This document shows, in pieces, positions 28,216 through 37,681 of a stretch of DNA of 64,000 nucleotides; within the stretch, counting starts at the first letter, position 1, and each line of letters begins with the position of its first letter. The notes beneath the pieces are model-generated. The model was not told the DNA's origin, made no database searches, and saw only the letters and a program-made list of their open reading frames with translations. A program made the translations under genes and the position numbers. This stretch comes from an uncultured Acidobacteriota bacterium. GTDB lineage: Bacteria > Acidobacteriota > UBA6911. The stretch spans positions 160,001-224,000 of the forward strand of contig CAWEJX010000020.1 of assembly GCA_963809485.1 (NCBI GenBank), read 5' to 3'.

Positions 28216-28519
28216 TAAGTATCATCCCCGCAAAGCCGGAGGCTTTACGGTGGCTGGCCCCTCAAAGGGGCCTGATTGCATCCGACAAAAGATGAAATAG
28301 GTTCCATGCGTTGTAGATGTTTTGAAACCGCAGAATGTCGAATAACGAATGATGAATCCCGAAGTGTGGCGATAGCTTCTGCGGTTCGATATTCGAAATT
28401 CTTCATTCGATATTCCAGTGTTTATCCACTTGTTTTTGCCGGACCCGGGAATAAAAAAATCCAGGATTTGTCAAACTCGTACTGCCTCCCCGGGAGAGCC
28501 GGGAGTTCCCAACGGATTA
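28216..28519 (-). mobile_element. Non-autonomous element family B, copy B1
   Basis: GCAAAGCCGGAGGC and GGCCCCTCAAAGGGGCC hairpins, GAACCGCAGAA/TTCTGCGGTTC-type core, GTCAAACTCGTACTGCCTC end. Confidence 0.85.
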
Positions 28520-29368
28520 TTAGAGTTTGTAGCCTCTGCCCTCGCCCTCCTCAGCCTGAAGGGTGACCGTGACGGTGATTTCTTTTTTGTCCCGTATCAC
28601 CGTAAGGGTCAGGGCCCCTTCGGCCCTATTCCTGATGATGCGGGTCAGATCATCCGGGCTTTCGATGCTCTTGCCATCTGCGCTGATAATGACATCTCCG
28701 GATTTCAGCTTGCCGGCACTCGCAGACCCGCTGAGGACGGATGCTACCAGAACGCCTTTTTTGCCGGGCACGCCCAGGAACTCGCCCATCTGGTCGGTCA
28801 GGGGTTGCAGGGTTACCCCAAGGCGTGCTCGCCGGCCTGAGGTTTCACCAGGCCGTTCGTCCTCGGAGTCGGGGACTCTGAATTGAAACATGCGTTCCCC
28901 AAATTCGGGAAAGTCCCTGGGCGGCATTTCGCTGCCGCCATCCGCACGCATTCCCCTGCGGTCCCCGATTTGGGCAGTGAGATTCAGGCGATTGTCGTCG
29001 CGGCTGACCGCAAGCTCCACCTTGCGTCCCACTGGAGTCTCCTGCACAAGGCGCGAAAACTGGGCGGTCGACCAGACCTGCTGACCCCCGAATTCAAGCA
29101 CAACATCGTATTCCTTGAGAGTAGCCGCCTCCGCCGGGCTTCCCTTCATGACCTCGCGGACGATGATTCCCCGTTCGGCCGCAAGCTTATAGCGGGACAT
29201 ATTGGCCGCGGTCACATCCTCCATTTGAATCCCAAGGTAGGATCCGCTGGCACTCACCTGGACGATACGCTGGACTTCCCTGGTCTGGGCAGGAGCCGCA
29301 GGCGCGGCCGCGCCAAAAGCCAGCGCCGCGATCAATCCAGCGATCCAAAATTTTGACACATAACTCAT
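28520..29368 (-). CDS. Secreted tandem PDZ-domain protein (no protease domain)
   Basis: Signal peptide; YLGIQMEDV..GSPAEAA and RLGVTLQPL..LKSGDVII PDZ domains; GGAGGG SD. Confidence 0.85.
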   Translation of the reverse strand: MSYVSKFWIAGLIAALAFGAAAPAAPAQTREVQRIVQVSASGSYLGIQMEDVTAANMSRYKLAAERGIIVREVMKGSPAEAATLKEYDVVLEFGGQQVWSTAQFSRLVQETPVGRKVELAVSRDDNRLNLTAQIGDRRGMRADGGSEMPPRDFPEFGERMFQFRVPDSEDERPGETSGRRARLGVTLQPLTDQMGEFLGVPGKKGVLVASVLSGSASAGKLKSGDVIISADGKSIESPDDLTRIIRNRAEGALTLTVIRDKKEITVTVTLQAEEGEGRGYKL

Positions 29369-29408
29369 AGTACCCTCCAAATTCAATGATCCAGCCATTG
29401 CACAGTCA

Positions 29409-29436
29409 ATACACGCAACAGCTGAAAACACGTTCC
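29409..29436 (-). promoter_or_regulatory. ECF-type promoter upstream of the PDZ gene
   Basis: GGAAC-N16-CGTGTA, divergent from the ECF sigma gene. Confidence 0.5.
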
Positions 29437-29781
29437 AAAATTTGGCGACTGCCGCCCGTCGAATGGCCGCTGATTCCTGTCGCAGCATCCCAATAATTGT
29501 CATCGTTCTTCAACGCTTTGGTCAGGGCCAATCGGCGTTGCCAGAATTCGAGGCCATCAGACTTCATGAGCCCGCCGGCAAATCCGGTTGCCTGCCGGCA
29601 GATCAGAAATGAGAAAAAGCGGGCCAATTTTCTGTTAAACTAGGGCCGGAATCCGGGCAGGACAGAATAGCAGGACTATGGCTAAATATTTTGAACCAAC
29701 GCGAAACTTTCGGCATCGCGATTGATCAATTCCTGTGAGTTCGTATTGACGAATAAACACTCGAGCTCCGCCGGCGACAGG

Positions 29782-30351
29782 ATGGATCCGGCGACTCTGG
29801 AAAAGCTGATCCAGGGAGCCAAGGGCGGGAACGTTGACGCCTTTCAGAAAATTTATGAAGCTTTTGCCCGCAGAATTCTTAACTTTGTCTTTCGAATGGT
29901 GAACTCGCAGGAGGAAGCCGAGGATCTTACGCAGGAAACTTTTGTGGCGGTCTACCAGAAACTTGGAAGCCTGAAGGATAACAGTAAGTTCGAGCCGTGG
30001 CTTTTTCGCATTGCCCGGAACTTTGTCTATCAGAGATACAGGGAGCGCACGCCTTCAATGGTTTCCGTGGATGCCCTGGACGAGGATGGCCGCATGGTGA
30101 CCCAGGTTGCGGATGTAAGGAAAAATCCGGACGAGGCTTTTCAAAGCGGGGAGCTCGACGATATTGTCGCCGAGGTCCTCGCCGGCTTGCCTGAGAAATA
30201 CCGGGAGGTTTTTGTGCTTTCTGCGCTTCAGGGCCTGAGTTACCAGCAGATCGCCGACATTGTCGGCCACAGCCTGCCCAGCGTGAAAACCGATATTCAC
30301 AGAGCCCGGCTGGAAGTTCGCGAGCGTGTCAAAAATTACCTGAAGGTGTGA
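29782..30351 (+). CDS. ECF RNA polymerase sigma factor
   Basis: AEDLTQETF, WLFRIARN, LPEKYREVFVL, LSYQQIA, VKTDIHRAR. Confidence 0.93.
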   Translation: MDPATLEKLIQGAKGGNVDAFQKIYEAFARRILNFVFRMVNSQEEAEDLTQETFVAVYQKLGSLKDNSKFEPWLFRIARNFVYQRYRERTPSMVSVDALDEDGRMVTQVADVRKNPDEAFQSGELDDIVAEVLAGLPEKYREVFVLSALQGLSYQQIADIVGHSLPSVKTDIHRARLEVRERVKNYLKV

Positions 30352-30352
30352 A

Positions 30353-30874
30353 ATGGATTGCGCCCGATGCGCCGAGGATTTAACTGCCTATTTGGACGGG
30401 GAGCTGAGCGCCGCCCGCGCGGAGCGGGTCCAGTCTCACCTGGCCGCCTGTGCGTCCTGCGCCGATGAAGTGCGCAGCCTCCGGGAAGCCGCCCGGTTCG
30501 TAGCGTCCCACACGCGCGACCTGGAAGTCCGCCCTGGGACCTGGAATCTGGTGCACGCACGCATTGCCGCCCCGTCACCCTCTCCATCGTTTTTCAGCTT
30601 CCTGGCACGGGGCCGCTGGCGCTGGGCGATGGCGACTCTGGCAATTGCGGCAGCTTTTGCACTCGGCTTCATGCAGTACCATCAGCTTCAGCGGCGAAAC
30701 CTGAACGACTACATCTCTCAATACATGCGGTACCGGCAGGCGCATGAGCCCGATCAGCCGGTATTTTCGGATTTCAGGGCCAGATTCACAAACGGAAGCT
30801 CCGGCGCCGCCAATCCCTTTGCGGGACTCGAGGCTACAGCCATGGGCAACCCGTTTCGGATGGAGGATCAATGA
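30353..30874 (+). CDS. ZAS (zf-HC2) membrane anti-sigma factor
   Basis: MDC...YLDGEL...HLAACASC, one TM. Confidence 0.88.
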   Translation: MDCARCAEDLTAYLDGELSAARAERVQSHLAACASCADEVRSLREAARFVASHTRDLEVRPGTWNLVHARIAAPSPSPSFFSFLARGRWRWAMATLAIAAAFALGFMQYHQLQRRNLNDYISQYMRYRQAHEPDQPVFSDFRARFTNGSSGAANPFAGLEATAMGNPFRMEDQ

Positions 30875-31350
30875 GAACGGCTAAAAGACTGCATCTATCC
30901 AAGAGGATCCCGGCGGGGATTCTGCTTTTGTTTCTTCTGGCTGGCATGATTCCCATAAGGCCGTTGTCCGCCGCCCAGGCGGGCGATTCCGACCTGGAAA
31001 AGACCAAAAGCATGGCTGAAATGCAGCACGAGATTGTTCTGCTGCTTATCAAAAAAAAGGAGTATGACAAAGCCCTGGCGGAGGCCAATAAGATCTTCGA
31101 GATGAAGTGGCCGGAAAGCCAGGAACCCCTCCTGCTGAAATCCCTGCTGTATCTCAGCAGTCAGTTCCTCCAGCAAAGCCAGGCGTCCATAGGTTTGCAG
31201 CTGATCGACAGGAATTCCCGGTTTTTCAGGAGAAACGAGAGCCAGGTCGCCGTTTTGAAAGAGAAGGGGTACCTGTACAAAAGCCTGGGACAGGACGACA
31301 AAGCTATCGAGTGCTTTCGCCAGGCTCAGGCGCTGGAAAACAAAAAATAA
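30871..31350 (+). CDS. Secreted TPR-like protein
   Basis: Signal peptide, KGYLYKSLGQDDKAIECFRQA TPR; ATGA overlap. Confidence 0.75.
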   Translation: MRTAKRLHLSKRIPAGILLLFLLAGMIPIRPLSAAQAGDSDLEKTKSMAEMQHEIVLLLIKKKEYDKALAEANKIFEMKWPESQEPLLLKSLLYLSSQFLQQSQASIGLQLIDRNSRFFRRNESQVAVLKEKGYLYKSLGQDDKAIECFRQAQALENKK

Positions 31351-31431
31351 AGGGGAAGCCGATACAGGGAAAACGGTTTCTTCCGATGGGGAATTTTTAT
31401 CCCGAAAACGGCTGAAGACCGGCCTCAGGAC

Positions 31432-32022
31432 TCAGGCCAAACGCGCGGCCACCCATTCGATGAGCCCTTCCGGAAGCTGCCGAGCGTCCCTGGTGACAAA
31501 GACAGGCACAGGGGCCAAAGCCTCCAAGGCCATCTTTTTCCACGACGGAGTCGCCGAACCGCAATCCAGAACTACCGCCGCATGAGCCTGTGCCAGCGTC
31601 CGGCGCGCACTCTCCTTGAAATCCTCGACGTCATAGCGGAGCACAACGAGATAGATATCGGGCGGAACAAATTCCAGCACGCGGTTGCTCTCGATCATGA
31701 CAAAATCGCTGGATTTCAGGATAGGCAACAACGCGTGAATTGCGTCGGTCAATCCATCGTTCCGGAAGCGCACCCAAAAAGACCGGGCGGCGCCCGCGGC
31801 CAGGAACCGCGAAGTATCCGAGAGCCCTCCGCGATTTGTTTCTTCGAGGATGCTGAAGTCTTCCTCCGGCTCGCTGCCGTTCAGGCTGCTGTTTTCTCCA
31901 TGCCAGTGGGAGGAGATCTTGACCGCGGTCCAGGAGTATTCCCTCAAGCCGCGTATCAGGCCGCAGGCAACCGACGTTTTCCCGACCTTTCGCGAATGAC
32001 CTCCAACCACTACGGTTTTCAT
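31432..32022 (-). CDS. P-loop protein (MobB-like hypothetical)
   Basis: VVVGGHSRKVGKTSV, AVKI, DTSRFLAAGA, IESN. Confidence 0.7.
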   Translation of the reverse strand: MKTVVVGGHSRKVGKTSVACGLIRGLREYSWTAVKISSHWHGENSSLNGSEPEEDFSILEETNRGGLSDTSRFLAAGAARSFWVRFRNDGLTDAIHALLPILKSSDFVMIESNRVLEFVPPDIYLVVLRYDVEDFKESARRTLAQAHAAVVLDCGSATPSWKKMALEALAPVPVFVTRDARQLPEGLIEWVAARLA

Positions 32023-32127
32023 GATACGGTTCCGCTCGCAAAGCGGATGCGAGCATAAAAGCAGCCCGTGATTTTCACGAATTCCCCTCCCGCCATCCGG
32101 GAGCCGGAAAAAATGTGGCCGCTTCAG

Positions 32128-34575
32128 CTAATGTTTCCGGGCTTTGGAAGCGGGCTTTTTGCGGATTTCGTGCGCCGGCCCCCCGAATGCATATTGAATC
32201 ACATTTTCGTACCGCTCTGCAAAATTGACCGTCAGCCCTTTCTTCAGGTAGTCGGGCAATTCCTCAAAGTCTTTGCGGTTCGCTTCGGGGAATATTAGCA
32301 GTTTGCATCCGACGCGGCGTGCCGCAATAACTTTTTCCTTGACCCCCCCGATGGGCAAAACCTGGCCCGTCAAAGTCAGCTCACCGGTCATGGCAAGGTG
32401 TTTGCGCACCGGCCTATTCAGGATCATGGAAAGAAGAGCGGTTGCCATCGTTATGCCGGCCGAAGGGCCATCCTTCGGAGTTGCTCCCGCGGGCACGTGT
32501 ATATGAACAAAGCGCTCGTCAAAAAAATCGGGCTTTGCCCCGAAGCTCTCCAGGTGGGCCATGACATAAGAATAGGCGATCTCTGCGCTTTCCACCATGA
32601 CGGCTCCCAGTTGCCCCGTCTGCTTGAATCCTTTGCTCCTGCTGAGCACGGCGGTAGCCTCAATCTGCAGCGTGGCTCCCCCGAGGCTGGTCCAGGCAAG
32701 ACCGGTAACGACGCCCGGTTTGTTTTCGAACATTTCGTCGGCGGTGAATACCGGCTTGCCGAGGTAACTCTCGACGTCCTGTTTCCGGATAACTTTTTTC
32801 CCATCGGAGCCGCGAACGATTTCCATCACGGCTTTGCGCATTATCTTTTTGATCAGGTTCTCGAGGTTCCGCACACCGGCTTCACGAGCATAGTCATCGA
32901 TGAGCAGCGCCAGGGCATCCTTGTGGATCACGACCTGCTTCTCTTTCAGACCATGGCTTTTGATCGTTTTGGGAATCAGGTACCTTCGGGCAATTTCCTG
33001 CTTTTCTTCGGAAATGTAGCCCGAGAGCCTTATGATTTCCATGCGGTCGAGCAGCGGCCGGGGGATGGTGTCGAGCTGGTTGCCGGTAGCCACAAACAGA
33101 ACGTGGGATAAATCGAAGGGAACATCCAGATAGTGGTCGCGGAAATTACTGTTCTGTTCGGGGTCCAGGACCTCGAGCAGCGCGGAGGCCGGATCTCCCT
33201 GAAATGACGCTCCGATCTTGTCGATCTCATCCAGCATAATCAGCGGATTGGAGGTGTCTACGGTCTTCATGGCCTGGAGGAACTTGCCCGGGAGCGCGCC
33301 GATATAGGTGCGCCGGTGCCCCTTTATTTCCGCCTCGTCGCGCATGCCTCCTAGCGAAAAACGGTAAAAACGCCGCCCCAGAGCGTCGGCGATGCTCTTT
33401 CCGACGGATGTCTTCCCGACTCCCGGGGGACCCACCAGGCAGAGGATGGAACCGGAAATGTCGCCTTTGAGTTTTCCCACCGCGATGAATTCCAATATCC
33501 TGTCCTTGACGTCCGCCAGACCGTAGTGGTCCCGGTCCAGAATCTGCCGCGCCCGTTCCAGGTCATAGGAATCCTGGCTGAATTTTCCCCAGGGCAGCGC
33601 CGTAAGCCAGTCGAGATAGTTGCGGGAAACCGTGTACTCGGGCGAATGGGGCTCCAGCAGCTGCAGTTTTTCCATTTCTTCGTCCACAGCTTTTTGGGCC
33701 TCCGCATTGAGGGTGAGGCCCTTGAGCCTGTCCTGGAACTTTTCGATCTCGGCCGTCTTCCCTTCCTTCTCCAGCCCCAGTTCTTTCTTGATTGCCTTTA
33801 ACTGCTCCTTCAGGAAGAATTCCCGCTGCTGGCCCGACACTTTTTCCTGGATCTGCCGGTTGATCTCCACATGCAGCTTGGATATTTCGACCTCCCTTTT
33901 CAGCAGCACCAGGACCCGGTCGATGCGCTGGCGCACATCGAAGGTCTCGAGGATTTCCTGAAGTTCGGCCCCGCTGGCGGTTGTCAGATTGGCGGCGAAA
34001 TCCGCCAGCAGGCCGGGATTGTCAAAAGTGGACCGGCTCAGAAACATTTTGATGGCTTCCGACTGCAGCGGATTGAGCTTCACGAGATCCTTGAGCGTGG
34101 TGATGATGGCCATGGAGTAAGCCTTCAATTCCTCCGTCACGGGCAACTTGTCAGGGATCTGGTATCGGACGTTGGCCACCATACCGAAGTCCGCCTTTTT
34201 GATATCCTCTATCGTAAAGCGTTCCACGCAGTTGATCAGAATGCTGGTCGATTCCCCCTCGCCGTGAAAGGCCCGGAGTATTTTCGCGGCGACACCTACA
34301 CGATACAGGTTTTCCGGGACATCGCCGCCGGCCGGATCCCGAACCAGCACCACCCCGAGCGTCTTGGAGGAATACTCGAGAGCATGGTTTACGCTGGCGA
34401 TCTGTTCCGTTCCAATTTCCAGAGGGATCGGAAGACCGGGGAACAGCGGACGGGGACGGATCGGCATGATGGGCAGGTGGGCCGGGAGCAATTCCGAAGC
34501 CAAAACCAGCGGCGACCCTTCGCTCTCAGCAGCCGTTTTCTCTAAGTCCATATCCTCTGTGATGATTTCGGTCAT
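32128..34575 (-). CDS. lon: ATP-dependent Lon protease
   Basis: GPPGVGKTS, RRTYIGA, LDEIDK, PKDGPSAG catalytic Ser, IGGVKEK. Confidence 0.97.
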   Translation of the reverse strand: MTEIITEDMDLEKTAAESEGSPLVLASELLPAHLPIMPIRPRPLFPGLPIPLEIGTEQIASVNHALEYSSKTLGVVLVRDPAGGDVPENLYRVGVAAKILRAFHGEGESTSILINCVERFTIEDIKKADFGMVANVRYQIPDKLPVTEELKAYSMAIITTLKDLVKLNPLQSEAIKMFLSRSTFDNPGLLADFAANLTTASGAELQEILETFDVRQRIDRVLVLLKREVEISKLHVEINRQIQEKVSGQQREFFLKEQLKAIKKELGLEKEGKTAEIEKFQDRLKGLTLNAEAQKAVDEEMEKLQLLEPHSPEYTVSRNYLDWLTALPWGKFSQDSYDLERARQILDRDHYGLADVKDRILEFIAVGKLKGDISGSILCLVGPPGVGKTSVGKSIADALGRRFYRFSLGGMRDEAEIKGHRRTYIGALPGKFLQAMKTVDTSNPLIMLDEIDKIGASFQGDPASALLEVLDPEQNSNFRDHYLDVPFDLSHVLFVATGNQLDTIPRPLLDRMEIIRLSGYISEEKQEIARRYLIPKTIKSHGLKEKQVVIHKDALALLIDDYAREAGVRNLENLIKKIMRKAVMEIVRGSDGKKVIRKQDVESYLGKPVFTADEMFENKPGVVTGLAWTSLGGATLQIEATAVLSRSKGFKQTGQLGAVMVESAEIAYSYVMAHLESFGAKPDFFDERFVHIHVPAGATPKDGPSAGITMATALLSMILNRPVRKHLAMTGELTLTGQVLPIGGVKEKVIAARRVGCKLLIFPEANRKDFEELPDYLKKGLTVNFAERYENVIQYAFGGPAHEIRKKPASKARKH

Positions 34576-34717
34576 TGGGACTCCCCTCTTCTTGGCGCGT
34601 TAATGTTTCATCCCGGCACATTCGTTCTGCAAACCACGAGACATCCTGCGAAACGGCGGGGCAATCCGGCTTGGAGCCCATACAATATGCGGCAGCGCAT
34701 CATCAAGCAAAAGTAAA

Positions 34718-35269
34718 TTATTTTTTCTCGGTGGCAAGCTTATTGATCACTTTAAAAACACCGGGAATTTCGTTCGCGGCAATCCCGGCCAGGTTCTTAT
34801 CCATCTCAGTCGCCACAATGCCCACCAGCGTAATATTTCCGTCCTTCACTATGATGTGAATCGGCGGGACCGATTGCATCCCATATCTTTCCAGGCCCGA
34901 CTTGGTAAAAATGGCCCGGTAGGCGGCCCTCCGGATGCGGTCGTCAGCCGGAGAAAGAGGAAGGACTTCAATTTTGTTGACCACCTTCCCCGCACCCTCA
35001 ATGCTGAGTACGGCGCTTTCCGCATCGCTTTTGACGATAGGCCTTGTGACCTGCCCGGAAAGGACCACGGTATCCACTTCCTGGATCTCAAATTCAAGGT
35101 TATCAAACACGCTATAGCTCGACAGCATGATAAGCTGATGCCGGACCTGCTGCACCAGGCGGGCGTGCACTGCTTTCAAATCCTGTTTTGTTTGAGCCAT
35201 GGAATCTGCAGCCGCCGGAATCCAGAAAATCAGAGCGGCGACCAGCATCCGTCGTACTCGATTGTTCAT
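34718..35269 (-). CDS. Dual BON-domain periplasmic protein
   Basis: Signal peptide, VVLSGQVTRP..KSDAE, PIHIIVKDGNITLVG, GVFKVINKL. Confidence 0.88.
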   Translation of the reverse strand: MNNRVRRMLVAALIFWIPAAADSMAQTKQDLKAVHARLVQQVRHQLIMLSSYSVFDNLEFEIQEVDTVVLSGQVTRPIVKSDAESAVLSIEGAGKVVNKIEVLPLSPADDRIRRAAYRAIFTKSGLERYGMQSVPPIHIIVKDGNITLVGIVATEMDKNLAGIAANEIPGVFKVINKLATEKK

Positions 35270-35403
35270 CTGAATTTCCCTCTCAAGTTGTTGTTTCATG
35301 AGATATTCATAAGATCCTATCGATCGAAAAACAATAGCGCAGGCCCCATGGGCGCCATATTTTGCCCGCTTTGAACATGGGATCTCGGTGGTAGCCAGCA
35401 CAC

Positions 35404-35721
35404 CGGGAATAACGCATGCTCCGGCATTTTTCAAACGAGTACTGCCTCGCAGCCAAAGCCGGCGGATCTTCCAATCGAGCAAGTATCCTCCGGCAGAGCC
35501 GAAGCCTTTACGGTGGATGGCCCCTCAAAGGGGTATGATTGCATCCGACACAAGAGCGAAGAGGTTCCATGCGTTATGGATGCTTGGAACCGCAGAATGT
35601 CAAATAAAGAATGATGAATTTCGAAGTCAGAGATTCGAAATTCGACATTCAATATTCTATTCAGGATTTGTCAAACTGAGGCTGCCTCACCGGCAGAGCC
35701 CGCGGATCTCCCGATGGATCA
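35404..35721 (-). mobile_element. Family B copy B2 (35481-35721) abutting an extra family B terminal fragment (35404-35479)
   Basis: Same ends and heptad core as B1/B3; a second TCAAACGAGTACTGCCTC..GGATCTTCCAATCG end directly precedes AAGTATCCTCCGGC. Confidence 0.8.
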
Positions 35722-36150
35722 GACATCCAAGACCACCGTCGCGCTCCAGCCGCCGCCTGTTTGCAGCACCTGGAGACGATGGAGTGTTACCGCTTTGACA
35801 TCCACAATCAGCTGGTGCCGCCGCGGGTCGATGGGTTCGCCTTCGGCGGCGATTGTTGCGGTCCAGGCGTCGGTGCGCCGCTCCAGGCGGACCGCCTGCA
35901 CCCGAAGCAGGAGCTGTTCCGCGTCCTTCAAGTATATAAGCTCCTGCAGGACCTGGAGCAGAAGCAGGTCTATTTCCGTATCGGAAACCTGAAAACTCCG
36001 GCGGTCCCGGCTCAGGATTGTTTCCGGGTTGCCCACCATAATATGGAGCGTTGCCTCCGCAGCCGCAGCGATCATCTCCTCCAGGGTCTGTCCCCAGGCC
36101 TCAAAGGCGGCGTCGGCCGGTGCAATGTCTTCCAGGTAGCGGTAGGGCAT
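35719..36150 (-). CDS. Archease
   Basis: YRYLEDIAPADAAFEAWG, LQELIYLKD, DVKAVTLH, ATVVLDV C-terminus. Confidence 0.93.
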   Translation of the reverse strand: MPYRYLEDIAPADAAFEAWGQTLEEMIAAAAEATLHIMVGNPETILSRDRRSFQVSDTEIDLLLLQVLQELIYLKDAEQLLLRVQAVRLERRTDAWTATIAAEGEPIDPRRHQLIVDVKAVTLHRLQVLQTGGGWSATVVLDV

Positions 36151-36209
36151 CGGGATTGACCTTCGGGAACCGGGATTGCGGATTCCAATTTCGAATCCCG
36201 GGTCTCTAT

Positions 36210-37676
36210 TCAGCCTTTCACATTTCCTATAGGCGTCAAACGTGCGACCTTTTTGCTGAGGCCCGCGCGCTCGGCGGCGTCCACAACATCGTCGATGTTT
36301 TTATAGGCGGCTCCGGCTTCTTCCGCAAGTCCGGCGAAGGAAGCGGTGCGCACATAGCTGCCGCGCGCTTCCATCTGCTGCTGCAGTTCTCTCCCGCGAA
36401 ATTTCTTTCTGGCCTGGCTGCGGCTCATGGTTCTTCCGCTCCCGTGAGCGGTGGAATAGAAGGTAGACCCTCCGGTCGCCGTTCCCGCCAGCAGATATGA
36501 GCCGGTCTCCATGCTGCCTCCGATGATGACGGGCTGGCCGGTTTCCCTGTAGGCGGCGGGAATTCCTTCCATATGGGGCCCGAAGGCCCGTGTTGCCCCT
36601 TTCCGGTGGACGAGGACCTCCTTCCACTCGCCATCCACCCGGTGCTTTTCGATTTTTGCGGTGTTGTGCGAAACATCGTAGACCTGCCGCAGGCCCATAT
36701 CCTCGGGACTTTTGTGAAAAACGTCGGAGAAGACTTCGCGGATGCGGTGAAGAATGACCTGCCGGTTGGCGAAGGACATGTTTATGGCGCACTTCATGGC
36801 GGAGAAATAATCCTGCCCTTCGGGTGAATGAAAAGGAGCGCACGCCAATTCGCGGTCGGGAGTCCTGATGCCGTACTTGCCCGTCATCGCCTTGACAAAA
36901 ATCTGCAGGTAATCGGTCGCGACCTGGTGTCCGAAGCCGCGGCTGCCGCAGTGAAACATCAAAACCACCTGGTCGGGGATGGTTATGCCAAAAGCTTCGG
37001 CGAGGGCCCGGTCGAAAATATCTCCGGCTTTCGCCACCTGAATTTCCAGGTAATGGTTGCCCGACCCGAGCGTTCCGATCTGCCGGTAGCCTCTCTCTAC
37101 GGCCTTCTGGCTGACTTTGGACGCATGAGCGCCGGCCATGCATCCTTCCTCTTCGGTGTTTTCCAAGTCTTCCCCGGTTCCGAATCCGTTCTTCAGGCAC
37201 CAGCGCGATCCCTTTTCGACCAGGTTGCGAAATTCGTCCTGGGAGATATTGACGAAACCGGATGCGCCGACACCGGAAGGGATGCGGGCAAAAAGCCTGT
37301 CCACGAGATTTCTCAGGTGGGGTTTGATCTCCTCGCAGGTGAAACGGGTCAGGACCAGCCGCATTCCGCAGTTCACGTCGAAGCCGATTCCGCCGGGGGA
37401 GATTACGCCGTGGCCGGGATCCATGGCCGCGACGCCGCCGATCGGGAAGCCGTAGCCCCAGTGCCCGTCGGGCATGCAGAAGGAAAACTTGAGGATACCG
37501 GGCAGAGTGGCGACATTGGTCACCTGGTCGAATACGCCTTCATCCATTTCTTCAAGGAGCGCGCGGGTTGCATAAATCCGGGCCGGAACCCTCATGCCGC
37601 TCTTATAGGAAAGCGGGATTTCCCAGATGGTGTCGGTAATTTGCTTTATGAGGGGATGGAGTTTTCGAGTCTGCAT
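36210..37676 (-). CDS. rtcB: RNA ligase RtcB
   Basis: MPDGHWGYGFPIGGV, GFDVNCG, GTLGSGNHYLE, DVSHN, HRKGAT, HGSGR, EEAGAAYK. Confidence 0.96.
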   Translation of the reverse strand: MQTRKLHPLIKQITDTIWEIPLSYKSGMRVPARIYATRALLEEMDEGVFDQVTNVATLPGILKFSFCMPDGHWGYGFPIGGVAAMDPGHGVISPGGIGFDVNCGMRLVLTRFTCEEIKPHLRNLVDRLFARIPSGVGASGFVNISQDEFRNLVEKGSRWCLKNGFGTGEDLENTEEEGCMAGAHASKVSQKAVERGYRQIGTLGSGNHYLEIQVAKAGDIFDRALAEAFGITIPDQVVLMFHCGSRGFGHQVATDYLQIFVKAMTGKYGIRTPDRELACAPFHSPEGQDYFSAMKCAINMSFANRQVILHRIREVFSDVFHKSPEDMGLRQVYDVSHNTAKIEKHRVDGEWKEVLVHRKGATRAFGPHMEGIPAAYRETGQPVIIGGSMETGSYLLAGTATGGSTFYSTAHGSGRTMSRSQARKKFRGRELQQQMEARGSYVRTASFAGLAEEAGAAYKNIDDVVDAAERAGLSKKVARLTPIGNVKG

Positions 37677-37681
37677 TGGAG

